Positions 29,101 through 37,252 of a DNA stretch of 64,000 bases are shown here, piece by piece. Positions within the stretch are counted from its first letter, which is position 1. Every line of letters begins with the position of its first letter. The position numbers and the translations under genes were made by a program. Origin of the DNA: an uncultured Acidobacteriota bacterium (GTDB lineage: Bacteria > Acidobacteriota > Polarisedimenticolia > J045); assembly GCA_963702425.1 (NCBI GenBank), contig CAVPCQ010000006.1, positions 320,001 through 384,000 on the forward strand. The letters are read 5' to 3'. Under the pieces are notes generated by a model. The model saw only the letters and a program-made list of their open reading frames with translations, was not told where the DNA came from and made no database searches.

Positions 29101-29144
29101 CGATCGAAGCCTCGGCCAACGAAGGCGCGATCCCGATCCGCTGA
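26103..29144 (+). CDS. Secreted S8 subtilisin-like protease with TSP3-like/Cys-Asp repeats, dockerin-like and cohesin-like C-terminal domains
   Basis: Catalytic IIDDG, HGTPVAG, NGTSGA; DGDAVC..DNCP..NPLQ.N.DGD..GDACD; DCDD..AELCD.VDNDCD; AADVSENGTVSSFDASLIAQY; YGDVTGNW. Confidence 0.9.
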   Translation: MSVPRRCTRRHGRRIPRVPVLAALAFSALAGLTPAAWSGSVQPELAAAVMRSRAADRVSVVVRLEPAPHAAPLRLPESRAELVTLRRAQTETSAAAVLAMLRRAERDGQAEACEVLWVAHAVTARIAPELVPRLAGLPGVLEVRLDRPVGPDDGDGDTSGPSPTAPRTAAILKLNVDDVWAAGYTGRHVLVAIIDDGVNINHPDLADHLWANPGEIAGDGIDNDGNGKIDDVRGWNFGSSNASLTDLQNHGTPVAGLALGDGTAGSQTGVAPDAELMVLKRGSTESTMWAASQYAIEKGAQIVLQARSVRRYDPAGVPDYGSWRTVTDNELAAGVIRVNSAGNCFGCTEGALPENPPYQVNAPANAPPPLLHAAQTLIGGVSSVIAVGNVDLGDNIVGTSRRGPSEWIDLQASDPSYLYPMPLAYRDYPYAGGAQQGLLKPDVACYGEGSTAPSAFWETGPDYNVGTFNGTSGAAGHAAGVVALLLEAKPDATPAQLAQALFGTARDRGAPGFDPFYGEGIVDAYAALAAIGAPCFGFGGDADGDAVCQAADNCPTVVNPLQANLDGDTLGDACDPDQDGDGFNGGTGNPDCDDRNAAIKPTAAELCDLVDNDCDASADENPEAGANSCADGNICTADLCGAGATCTAAASGACGITGSMTYYRISDADRNGTADDPAELTGADPVPGVAIDLVGLGSLPDAITGSDGSFSLPAQFGNVTLVPLDRVNAPRAEGAAPGSISGFDAAAVAKHAVGLTTLTNLQQIAADVSENGTVSSFDASLIAQYAVGLIDFFPVRTSLGSDWAFVRCNGGLPGNCPAWPPHPPTASYAWTPIGQPESAPFFAILYGDVTGNWPLVAGLDGGVFTAQAAPSRDSTNAANRRPRGASPVLRSGSDPARLVRIAGPTRVGPRLYRVVLGLKQADGITALDLFAPAPKMPGLRIVSVRPVGLAAAWSAALGPLEAAGQRIALYGAGPLAGRGAVLELVFEASGPPERGRLPFPIEASANEGAIPIR

Positions 29145-29283
29145 CCCGGATTCGCCTTACCGGGTAGCCACCGGGGGTTGCGCCCCGTACCGTCTCCGAG
29201 TGAGACGGCACCGGACCGGGATCTTGCCCGGCCGTGAGCAGCAAGTCTCCCGGGCAGAGCGGGTTGGCGCGCCGCGCCGGGGC

Positions 29284-29299
29284 GGGCACGCCGGTTGCT
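29284..29299 (+). promoter_or_regulatory. sigma54 (-24/-12) promoter
   Basis: GGGCACGCCGGTTGCT (GGCACG-N4-TTGCT), about 40 bp upstream of the RBS and ATG at 29337. Confidence 0.68.
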
Positions 29300-29336
29300 T
29301 CCTATCAATCCGCTGCGCCCCACAGGAGGGAGAGTC

Positions 29337-29771
29337 ATGAAGACCACGCGAGTCGCGCTGGGCCTGCTGATCGCCGCGGTCCTGCTGATCTCCGTCGTTC
29401 CCAGCGCCCACGCGACGTCGATCAGCGCGCGCGTGGAGGGCCTGTTCGTCGTCGGCGACCAGATCTTCGACGGGGGCGACGTCGTCATCCGTTCGGTCGG
29501 AAGCGGTCTCCTCGCGATCCTGATCAACGGCCGTCAGGTCGCCCTCCTTCACCGCCAGGACTTCGGAGCCCGCCCGCCCCACTCGGTTCCGTATCTCGAG
29601 TTCCGGATTGACGACCAGGGTCTGCCGCACCTCGCCGCGGTCCGCTTCCGCTCCGAGCGGGGCGAGAGCACGGCGCTGATTGCGCTCAGGCCGGCCGCCT
29701 TGTCGCCGGGGCTGCTCACGCTCCCCTACCGCTTCCCGCAGTCCGAGCCGACGCTGCGCGCCGCGCGTTAG
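29337..29771 (+). CDS. Hypothetical secreted protein
   Basis: GGAGGGAG RBS; Sec signal MKTTRVALGLLIAAVLLISVVPSAHA. Confidence 0.72.
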   Translation: MKTTRVALGLLIAAVLLISVVPSAHATSISARVEGLFVVGDQIFDGGDVVIRSVGSGLLAILINGRQVALLHRQDFGARPPHSVPYLEFRIDDQGLPHLAAVRFRSERGESTALIALRPAALSPGLLTLPYRFPQSEPTLRAAR

Positions 29772-29789
29772 GCCGCGGAAGGGGCGACT

Positions 29790-31106
29790 TCACTCGGCCG
29801 GCGCGCGCGCGGCGAGCGCGCGCTGGCGCCGGCCGAGCCACGCCGCCAACCCGACCCAGGCCGCACCGAGCGGCAGCGACGCGAGCGCGAGGACCCCCGC
29901 ACCCGCCCCCAGCGCCGCCAACAGCCGGTCGGCCCAGGCGCCGACCACGTCCCCGCCGCGATAGACGAAGGTGTCGATCAGGCTCTTGGCGGTGTACTTC
30001 TCGTCGCGCGTCACGACGGTGAAGAGGACCTCGCGGGCGGGCCGGACGAGGGCGAACTCGGCGGCGCGGCGCAGCACCTGCACGCCCACGAGCACCGGGA
30101 CAGCCGGCACCAGCGCGAGCGCGGCGTACCCTCCCGCGCTGAGCAGCGGCATCACGGCCAGGCTCGCGCCGAGGCCGACCCAGCCGATGATCCGTCCGGT
30201 CAGGAAGACCTGCGTCGTCAGCGCGATCAGGTTGACCGCCAGGTCCATCCGCGCGAAGAACGCGACCCGCGAGGCGGAGTCGGCAAAAGCCGCCCGCGTG
30301 ATCCGGGCCTGCTCGAAGTAGAGGAAGGTCGAGCTGACCGCGTAGAGCAGGATGAACAGGCAGATCCCGGCGAGATACGGGGAGCGTGCGATCAACCGAA
30401 ACCCCTCGAGCCAGGCCCTCGGCCCGGTGAGCCCGATTTCGCCAGGCGGCGCCGGAACGCTCCGGGGCTCCGCGATGCGCGTCAGTCTCCGCACGGCCAG
30501 CACGGCACCCTCCAGCAGCAGCGCGGCGAGCAGCAGGAGCTGCGTCGCGCCGAGCGCGTGCACCAGGCCGGCCGTGAGCGCCCCGCCGGTGATCGCCCCG
30601 ACCGTCCCCCCCACCCCGACCAGTCCGAAGAGCCGCTTGCCCTGCGCCGCGCTCCAGATGTCGGCCATGAAGCCCCAGAAGACCGACACGGCGAAGAGGT
30701 TGAAGATGCTGACCCAGACGAAGAAGACGCGGGCCACCGGCAGCGCGGCGTCGGCCGGCATCGTGCGCAGCAGCACGTAGAAGACGAGCAGTGTCGCCGC
30801 GAGCAGGTGGTAGACCACCGGGATGAAGACCTGCCGCGGAAACCGGCGCACGAGCGCTCCGAACAGCGGGTTGAGCGCGACCGTCCCGGCGAGCGTCCCG
30901 ACGAAGAGCCAGCTCAGCGCGTCGTCGGTGCCGCGCAGCCCCATCTCGTCGCGCAGCGGACGGATGACGTAGTAGGAGGAGAGCAGCAGGAAGAAGTAGG
31001 CGCACGACCAGGCGAGGGCCCGCCCCTCACCCGGCTCGACGCGCGCCAGCCTGCCGAGCCGCGCCCCGAGGGCGGCGACGGGGCCGCGCGCGCCACCTGC
31101 GCTCAT
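29790..31106 (-). CDS. MFS transporter, TLC/NTT (ATP:ADP antiporter-like) family
   Basis: YYVIRPLRDEMG, FNLFAVSVFWGFMAD..QGKRLFG, RPAREVLFT..EKY.AK.LIDTFVYRGGD. Confidence 0.85.
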   Translation of the reverse strand: MSAGGARGPVAALGARLGRLARVEPGEGRALAWSCAYFFLLLSSYYVIRPLRDEMGLRGTDDALSWLFVGTLAGTVALNPLFGALVRRFPRQVFIPVVYHLLAATLLVFYVLLRTMPADAALPVARVFFVWVSIFNLFAVSVFWGFMADIWSAAQGKRLFGLVGVGGTVGAITGGALTAGLVHALGATQLLLLAALLLEGAVLAVRRLTRIAEPRSVPAPPGEIGLTGPRAWLEGFRLIARSPYLAGICLFILLYAVSSTFLYFEQARITRAAFADSASRVAFFARMDLAVNLIALTTQVFLTGRIIGWVGLGASLAVMPLLSAGGYAALALVPAVPVLVGVQVLRRAAEFALVRPAREVLFTVVTRDEKYTAKSLIDTFVYRGGDVVGAWADRLLAALGAGAGVLALASLPLGAAWVGLAAWLGRRQRALAARAPAE

Positions 31107-31146
31107 CGGGCGCCCGCGAGCCGGCCGGGGCGCGGCGCGACCGGCC

Positions 31147-32346
31147 TCACTTGCCGGCGCCCGGCTCCGGTTTCGCCTTGGCCGCCTCGGCGCGCCACGC
31201 GGCCAGCACTTCGGCCTCGCGCGCGGCGCCGAGGCCTGCCCGCATCTTGGCGCGGCGCTCCTCCGGCACCGTCTTCCACCAGGCGAGCGTGTCGCGCACG
31301 GTGTCGTCGACCGGGCGGAAGGTCAGCCCGGCTGCTGTCCCCCGGGCGATGCTGACCCGGGCGAAGCCGGCCATGTCACCGACCGGTGGAACCCAGACCG
31401 GCATGTCGGACCAGGGCGCCACCTGCTGCGCCTCGAGGAACGCGTTCGGCACCCAGGTGAACGCGGCGTCGCTGCCGGACACCCGCTTGCAGCTCGCCAG
31501 CAGCTCGCCGATCGGCAGCGGCTGCTTCGGTCCGGTCGCGTTGTAGACCCCCGTGCGGTTCTTCTCGATCATCAGCACGATCCAGTTCCCGAGGTCGCGC
31601 ACGTCGATGAACTGGGTCGGGTCCTGCGGCGTGCCGGGGGCGAGCACCTCGCCGCCCTTCGCGACCCGAACCGGCCAGTAGGTGAAGCGGTCCGACGGGT
31701 CGTTCGGGCCGACGATCAGGCCCGGGCGAACGACGGTCGTCCGCCCCGGCATCGCCTTCTCGACCGCCTGCTCGCACAGCGCCTTCAGCGGCCCGTAGCT
31801 CTCGCCGTCCACCTTCTCGACCGTGGTGTCCTCGAGCGTGCCGACCGCCGCGGTCTCGTCTGCGCCGGGCTTGCCGTTGTCGGCGTAGACCGAGATCGTG
31901 GAGACGAAGAGGTACTGGCGCACGGCGGGAGCGAGCAGCGAGGCCGAGGCGAGGACCTGCCGGGGCACATACCCCGAGGTGTCGACGACGGCATCCCAGC
32001 GGCGGCCCTCGAGGGCCTTGAGGCCGTCCCCCTTGGCCGGGTCGCGGTCGCCGTGCAGCTTCTCCAGGTCGGGGAAGAGCTGCGGGTTGGTCTTGCCGCG
32101 GTTGAAGAGCGTGACCTTCCAGCCCCTGGCGAGCGCGGCCTCCACGACCTCGGGCCCGAGGAACGCGGTGCCGCCGAGCACGAGCAGCGTCCTGCCCCCG
32201 TCGCTTGCGGCCGCCCTCTCCTCGGCGGCTGCCAGGCGCGAGAGCGCGGCCGGGAACCCGATTGCCGGCGCGGCGAGTGCCAGCCCCTTCAACACCGCCC
32301 GCCGACTCGCCATCCGCTTCGCCCCTTCCGCCGTCCCTGCCGTCAT
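31147..32346 (-). CDS. Tat-exported NAD(P)-dependent epimerase/dehydratase (extended SDR)
   Basis: SRRAVLK Tat motif; LGGTAFLG, FNRGKT, STISVY, YGPLK, RPGLIVGP. Confidence 0.85.
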   Translation of the reverse strand: MTAGTAEGAKRMASRRAVLKGLALAAPAIGFPAALSRLAAAEERAAASDGGRTLLVLGGTAFLGPEVVEAALARGWKVTLFNRGKTNPQLFPDLEKLHGDRDPAKGDGLKALEGRRWDAVVDTSGYVPRQVLASASLLAPAVRQYLFVSTISVYADNGKPGADETAAVGTLEDTTVEKVDGESYGPLKALCEQAVEKAMPGRTTVVRPGLIVGPNDPSDRFTYWPVRVAKGGEVLAPGTPQDPTQFIDVRDLGNWIVLMIEKNRTGVYNATGPKQPLPIGELLASCKRVSGSDAAFTWVPNAFLEAQQVAPWSDMPVWVPPVGDMAGFARVSIARGTAAGLTFRPVDDTVRDTLAWWKTVPEERRAKMRAGLGAAREAEVLAAWRAEAAKAKPEPGAGK

Positions 32347-32376
32347 CGCCTTCTTCCTCCGTCGATCCCGAGCATC

Positions 32377-33120
32377 CTAGCCGGGACCCGGGGCGGCGCT
32401 GACGCCGTTCGGCCTGCCCTCGCGACCACCAGGCACGAGCTTCCGCTCCAGCGCGGCGAGCACGATCGAGGCCGCCGACGTGGGAGTCATCGACCCGAGG
32501 TTGATGACCAGGTCGTAGCCCAGCGGATCGTCCACGTCACGCCCGAAGGACTGCCTGATGAACGCCTTCTGCTCGGCGTCCAGGTCGCGGACCCGGCGCG
32601 CGGCCTGCTCGCGCCGGACCCCCAGGCTCACCGCCAGGGCGTCGATCCGCTGGTCCAACGGCGCGACGACCCGCAGCCGCAGGCCGCAGCGCGCGTCGAG
32701 GAACCAGTTCGCGCCGCGGCCAATGAAGATCGCGTTCCCGCCGCGGGCGATCGCGCGGATCGTCCCGACCATCTCCTCGATGAAGCGCGTCTGGCCCGGG
32801 TCGCCGGGGACGATCAGGTAGGAGAGGTAGTCGTCGAGCGGTCCGGACGCATGCTCGTCGTGGGCCGCGACGATCGGCTCGGAGCGGTGCATCGTGCGCG
32901 CGATCTCGACCACGATCTCGCGGTCGAGCACGCGCCAGCCGAGTTGCTCGCCGATGGTCCGCGCGAGCACCGCGCCACCGGAGCCAACCTGGCGCGACAC
33001 GGAAACCCAGCGGTGCTCTCCGCTCCCGGGGCAAACCGGCCGCTCCTCGAGGGCGCGGCGCAGACCGCTCCACCGCGCCTGGTGCTCGACGAGTTCGTGA
33101 ACGCTCTTCGCGGGGCTCAT
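32377..33120 (-). CDS. Cytidylate kinase-like family protein
   Basis: SVSRQVGSGG, LGW.VLDREI, FIGRGA, YDLVIN. Confidence 0.85.
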   Translation of the reverse strand: MSPAKSVHELVEHQARWSGLRRALEERPVCPGSGEHRWVSVSRQVGSGGAVLARTIGEQLGWRVLDREIVVEIARTMHRSEPIVAAHDEHASGPLDDYLSYLIVPGDPGQTRFIEEMVGTIRAIARGGNAIFIGRGANWFLDARCGLRLRVVAPLDQRIDALAVSLGVRREQAARRVRDLDAEQKAFIRQSFGRDVDDPLGYDLVINLGSMTPTSAASIVLAALERKLVPGGREGRPNGVSAAPGPG

Positions 33121-33253
33121 GGCGCCTCCCTGCCGCGAAGTCGCGCCGCGAAGCCGAGGGCCATCGGTGCGCCCCCGGATCGGGGCGGGGCCCCGCGCGC
33201 GATCGACCAGTTGATATTACCGCCAAACGGCACGGGGCGGCGCCGTACGCCGC

Positions 33254-34732
33254 TCAGCGATCCTGCACAGCGACGACGAAGCCCAGCCGTGCGACTCCCG
33301 GCGGCAGCTCGGCGTCGTCGAAGTACCGACCAGCCAAGTCCTCCAGCAGCAGCGGGTTCTCGACGGTGCGCCCGACGAGCGCCGCGTCGAGCAGCACGAT
33401 CGGTTCGCGCGCCCCGAGCACCAGGAAGGTCTCGATCCCGCCCGGCCCGGCCCTCCAGTTGACGATCCGATCGGTGGCGGGGCCGGGTACGCGGACGCGG
33501 CTTCCGGCCGGAACGAGGCCGGCCGCCGTCCCGGGAGCGTCGGGCAGCAGCCCCTCCAGGCGCCCATCGGCCGAGCGGTGCAGCACGTAGAGGAACTGCT
33601 CCTCGGCCGGCGCGAGCATCAGGTAGAGCTCGTCGCCGGGAGCCACCTGGGACGCGGTTTCCAGCGGCTCGTCGCGCACCAGGCCGGAGCGGAAAAGGCG
33701 CGCCGCGAGCACCGGCGCGCTGGCGGCCACGGACTCGGCCCTGGATCCCGGGAGTTCCGGGGGAACCGTCGCGCCGCCCCGCAGCACGGGCCAGATCCCG
33801 GCCACGCCCGCCAGCAGCGCAGCAACCACCGCGAGCCAGGTCCAGGCACCGGGTCGGCGGATGCGAGCGCGCTCCGGAAGCTCCTCGAGCCGAGCGGGCC
33901 GAGGCGGGACCGCCTCTCCCAGAAGCGCCCTTTCCATCTCCGCCGCGTCGGCGAACCGCGCGCGCGGATCGCGGGCGAGCGCGCGGTCGATCGACTCTGC
34001 GACCGCTTCGGGAAGGTCCCGCCGCAGCTTCCCCGTTGGCCTGCGGCTGCCCTTCTCGTGGGCGGCGCGCAGCGCGATCAGGTCCTCGCCCTCCACCGGG
34101 AGGACCCCGGTCGCCAGCAGGTAGAGCGTCGCGCCGAGCGCGTAGAGGTCGCTGGCCGGAGCAGGCGCTTCGCCGTGCAGCAGCTCGGGCGCCGCGAAAA
34201 AGGCCGGGGAGCCGGCGGCCAGCGGGATCGAGGCCGCCGCACCGCGGGCCGGCAACGCCGCCGGACCGGGGTCCATCAGCACGACGCGCTGGCCGCGCGC
34301 GCGCAGGACGTTCCCGGCTCTCACGTCGCCGTGCACCAGGCCGGCCGCGTGCAGCGCGCCGAGCGCGCGACAGAGCGCGGTACCGGCCGCGACCAGTTCC
34401 TGGGGCGGGAGCGGGCCGTGCTCGTCGAGGAACCGGGCCATCGAGACCCCGTCCAGCAGCTCCATGAAGCGGCCGGGACGACCACCGTGCACCCCCGCGC
34501 CGAGCACGCGCACGAGGTGGGGATGCTCGATCCGGGCGAGTCGCCGACCCCACTCGACCAGTGCGAGGGCCTCCGCCGCGTCGGGTGGGGCCCCTGCTGG
34601 TAGCAGCCGCAGGACGACGATCCCGCCGCCGTCCGTGACACGGGCCCGGAAGACCTCGCCCGACGCTCCACCGCCGAGGCGCTCGAGCACCTCGAGGGGG
34701 CCCCACCTCATCCCGCTCTTCGCTTCCGCCAT
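33254..34732 (-). CDS. Hanks-type Ser/Thr kinase-like protein with TM helix and C-terminal beta-domain (DUF4384-like); degenerate catalytic motifs
   Basis: LGGGASGEVFRA, HPHLVRV, HGDVRAGNV, MDPG, APE, SDLYALG; TM WLAVVAALLAGVAGIW. Confidence 0.82.
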   Translation of the reverse strand: MAEAKSGMRWGPLEVLERLGGGASGEVFRARVTDGGGIVVLRLLPAGAPPDAAEALALVEWGRRLARIEHPHLVRVLGAGVHGGRPGRFMELLDGVSMARFLDEHGPLPPQELVAAGTALCRALGALHAAGLVHGDVRAGNVLRARGQRVVLMDPGPAALPARGAAASIPLAAGSPAFFAAPELLHGEAPAPASDLYALGATLYLLATGVLPVEGEDLIALRAAHEKGSRRPTGKLRRDLPEAVAESIDRALARDPRARFADAAEMERALLGEAVPPRPARLEELPERARIRRPGAWTWLAVVAALLAGVAGIWPVLRGGATVPPELPGSRAESVAASAPVLAARLFRSGLVRDEPLETASQVAPGDELYLMLAPAEEQFLYVLHRSADGRLEGLLPDAPGTAAGLVPAGSRVRVPGPATDRIVNWRAGPGGIETFLVLGAREPIVLLDAALVGRTVENPLLLEDLAGRYFDDAELPPGVARLGFVVAVQDR

Positions 34733-34857
34733 CGGCAGCGAAAGGTAGCCCCTGCGCCACCGCGCCGTCCACGGCGCCGCGCTCGCCGGCGCGGCGCGCG
34801 CGGGGTGGAGCCAGCCGGCCTTCGTGTCAGACTGGATCGATCCGCGGAGGGGATGCG

Positions 34858-35847
34858 ATGCCCCCGCAGCCGCCGCACCCGCAGCTCGACCTGTTCGGCG
34901 ACGCCGTTCCCGGTCCGGCGCCGGTGCGGGAGGATCTTCTTGCGCTGGCGGCCGCGCTCCCTCCCGGCGTGAGGCTCGGCACCTCGTCCTGGTCCTTCCC
35001 CGGCTGGGCCGGACTCGTCTACGACCCGGCCGCGAACGTCGACGAGTCGGCGCTCGCGCGCCACGGGCTCGCGGCCTACGCGAGGCATCCGCTGCTGCGC
35101 ACCGTCGGCCTCGACCGGAGCTACCACGCCCCGCTTTCGGCAAGCGACTTCGCGCGCTGCGCGGCCCAGGTGCCGAACGATTTCCGCTTCGTCGTCAAGG
35201 CCTGGCAGGATCTCGTGCGCCCGAGCGTCGTCGAGGAGACCGCGTGGCACCGCGGCCTCGCCCGCAATCCGCACTTCCTCGCGGGATCCGTCGCCGAGGC
35301 CGCGGTGCTTCACCCCGCCCGCGAGGGGCTCGGAGAGAAGCTGGGCGTCGTGCTGTTCCAGTTCCCGCCGCTGCGCCGCTCCGAGAGCGGTACTCCGGCG
35401 GCCTTCGCCACCCGGCTCGCCGCGTTCCTCGCCGCGCTGCCGCGGGGGCTGGCCTACGCGGTCGAGCTGCGGACGCGCGAGCTGCTGACGCGCGCGTTCG
35501 CCCACGTGCTGCAGGAGGCCGGCGCGTCGCCCGGCTTCGTCGTCCACCCGGCGATGCCTCCGCTGGCGCGCCAGGTCGCGGTCTGCGAGCCCACGCGCTA
35601 CCCGCTGCTCGTGGTGCGCTGGATGCTGGGCGCCGGCCAGACTGACGAGGGGGCGGGCCTGCGCTACCAGCCGTTCGACCGCCTGGTCGACGAGGACCCG
35701 GTGGTGCGGTACGCCGTGGCCGGCCTCATCCGGGACGCCGCGCGCGACGGAAAGCCCGCCTACGTGATCGCGAACAACAAGGCCGAAGGGTCGGCGCCGC
35801 TGACGCTCGTGGCACTCGCGCGTGCGCTCGCGGCCGGCGGAGCGTGA
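34858..35847 (+). CDS. DUF72 (YecE-like) protein
   Basis: GTSSWSFPGW, TVGLDRSYH, FRFVVKA, LFQFPP, AVELR, NNKAEGSAP. Confidence 0.85.
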   Translation: MPPQPPHPQLDLFGDAVPGPAPVREDLLALAAALPPGVRLGTSSWSFPGWAGLVYDPAANVDESALARHGLAAYARHPLLRTVGLDRSYHAPLSASDFARCAAQVPNDFRFVVKAWQDLVRPSVVEETAWHRGLARNPHFLAGSVAEAAVLHPAREGLGEKLGVVLFQFPPLRRSESGTPAAFATRLAAFLAALPRGLAYAVELRTRELLTRAFAHVLQEAGASPGFVVHPAMPPLARQVAVCEPTRYPLLVVRWMLGAGQTDEGAGLRYQPFDRLVDEDPVVRYAVAGLIRDAARDGKPAYVIANNKAEGSAPLTLVALARALAAGGA

Positions 35848-35859
35848 ACGGCCCGCGCG

Positions 35860-36423
35860 CTAGCGCGCCGGGGCGGCCTCGGGGGCGGTCAGGGACAGCA
35901 GCTCGTTCTTGACCCCCTCGGTCCCCCCGGTCCGCACCGCCTCGGCCAGGGCTTCGGGGAGCTTCCGGCTCAGCGTGCCCCGCAGCCGGGCGTAGAGGAC
36001 CTGCTGCTCGCCCCCCGCCACGAGCACGAGGTCGCCGAGCGTGTCGCCCTGCTCGCCGCGCACCAGGACCAGCGCCGAGCGGGCGCCGTCGCGTGTCTTG
36101 ACGACCGGCTCCCACCCGGTGATCGGCATCCGCGTGAAGTCGACGCCGGCCCCGGCGGGGGCGTCGTAGACGGCCAGTTCGAGCGCGTCGAGCCCCGCCA
36201 GCGGCAGCCCGGCGCCGTCGTTCGACGCGCCGCCGAGCACCGCGCGGGCGAGCGACATCGTCGTCGGACCGAGGGTGAACTCGAACACGCGCTGCGGATC
36301 CTGTCCGGACTGGCGGGCGATCTCGTTGCGGATCTTCGCCGGACTGAAGGAGGTGGCGCACCCGCCGGCCGCGAGCACGCCGCTGAGCGTGACCGCGAGC
36401 GCGGCCGCGGCGGGGCGCATCAT
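35860..36423 (-). CDS. Hypothetical lipoprotein
   Basis: Lipobox LAAGGC; 4-bp overlap with the upstream gene. Confidence 0.68.
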   Translation of the reverse strand: MMRPAAAALAVTLSGVLAAGGCATSFSPAKIRNEIARQSGQDPQRVFEFTLGPTTMSLARAVLGGASNDGAGLPLAGLDALELAVYDAPAGAGVDFTRMPITGWEPVVKTRDGARSALVLVRGEQGDTLGDLVLVAGGEQQVLYARLRGTLSRKLPEALAEAVRTGGTEGVKNELLSLTAPEAAPAR

Positions 36424-37073
36424 GCCGGGCCCTCCTCCGACGCCGCGTGGCGCATCGCCTCGAGCAGGACTTCCGTGGACTGGGAGCCCGTCACCACGTA
36501 GCGGCGGTTGAACACGAAGACCGGCACGCCGTCCACTTCGATCTCGCGCGCCGCCTCCTCCTCTGCCGCGACCCGGTCCAGCCCCGCCCCTTCCCCGAGG
36601 ACCGCGCGGATCGCGCTCCCGTCGAGCCCCGCGCGCAGCGCAACCGTCTCGAGGTTCCTCGGCTGCGTCAGGTCGACCCCTTCGACGAAGAACGCGCGGA
36701 ACAGTCCTTCGACGAGTTCCTCCTGCACCGCCGCGTCGGGGGCCGCGGCGATCAGCGCGTGGGCCACGCGGGTGTTCGGCTGGCGGGCGATGCGGTCGAA
36801 TGCGAACACGATCCCGGCGTCCCGCCCAGCCGACTGAACGCGGCCGATCGTCTCCTCGTGATCCTCGCCGAACTTCGCCAGATAGTGCTCGCGGCGGTCG
36901 ACCCCGGCGGCGGCGAGGTCCGGGTTGAGCTCGAAGGCTCGCCAGCGGACTTCCGTGGGTGGAGCCTCCGGGTTCTCACGGCCGTAGGCCGCGAGGGCCT
37001 GCTCCAGCCGCCGCTTGCCGATGTAGCACCAGGGACAGACCACGTCGGAGATCACATCGATCGTCAATGCCAT
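36420..37073 (-). CDS. DsbA-family oxidoreductase (FrnE-like)
   Basis: SDVVCPWCYIGKRRL, FELNP, GVPVFVF. Confidence 0.9.
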   Translation of the reverse strand: MALTIDVISDVVCPWCYIGKRRLEQALAAYGRENPEAPPTEVRWRAFELNPDLAAAGVDRREHYLAKFGEDHEETIGRVQSAGRDAGIVFAFDRIARQPNTRVAHALIAAAPDAAVQEELVEGLFRAFFVEGVDLTQPRNLETVALRAGLDGSAIRAVLGEGAGLDRVAAEEEAAREIEVDGVPVFVFNRRYVVTGSQSTEVLLEAMRHAASEEGPA

Positions 37074-37252
37074 GGGAACGGGCCTCGGCGCCGCGCCGGA
37101 CGCAGCCGGCGGACGTCGTAGGATAAGGCCTTTCCGGACGGCCGGGAGGCGGGATGCCCGGGCGCCGGCAAGTTGCGGCGGGGAGACGAACGCTTCCCTC
37201 CGGCGCGACATCCACTCTCGCCGATAATGCGCCCGTGAGGAGGCCTGCCGTC

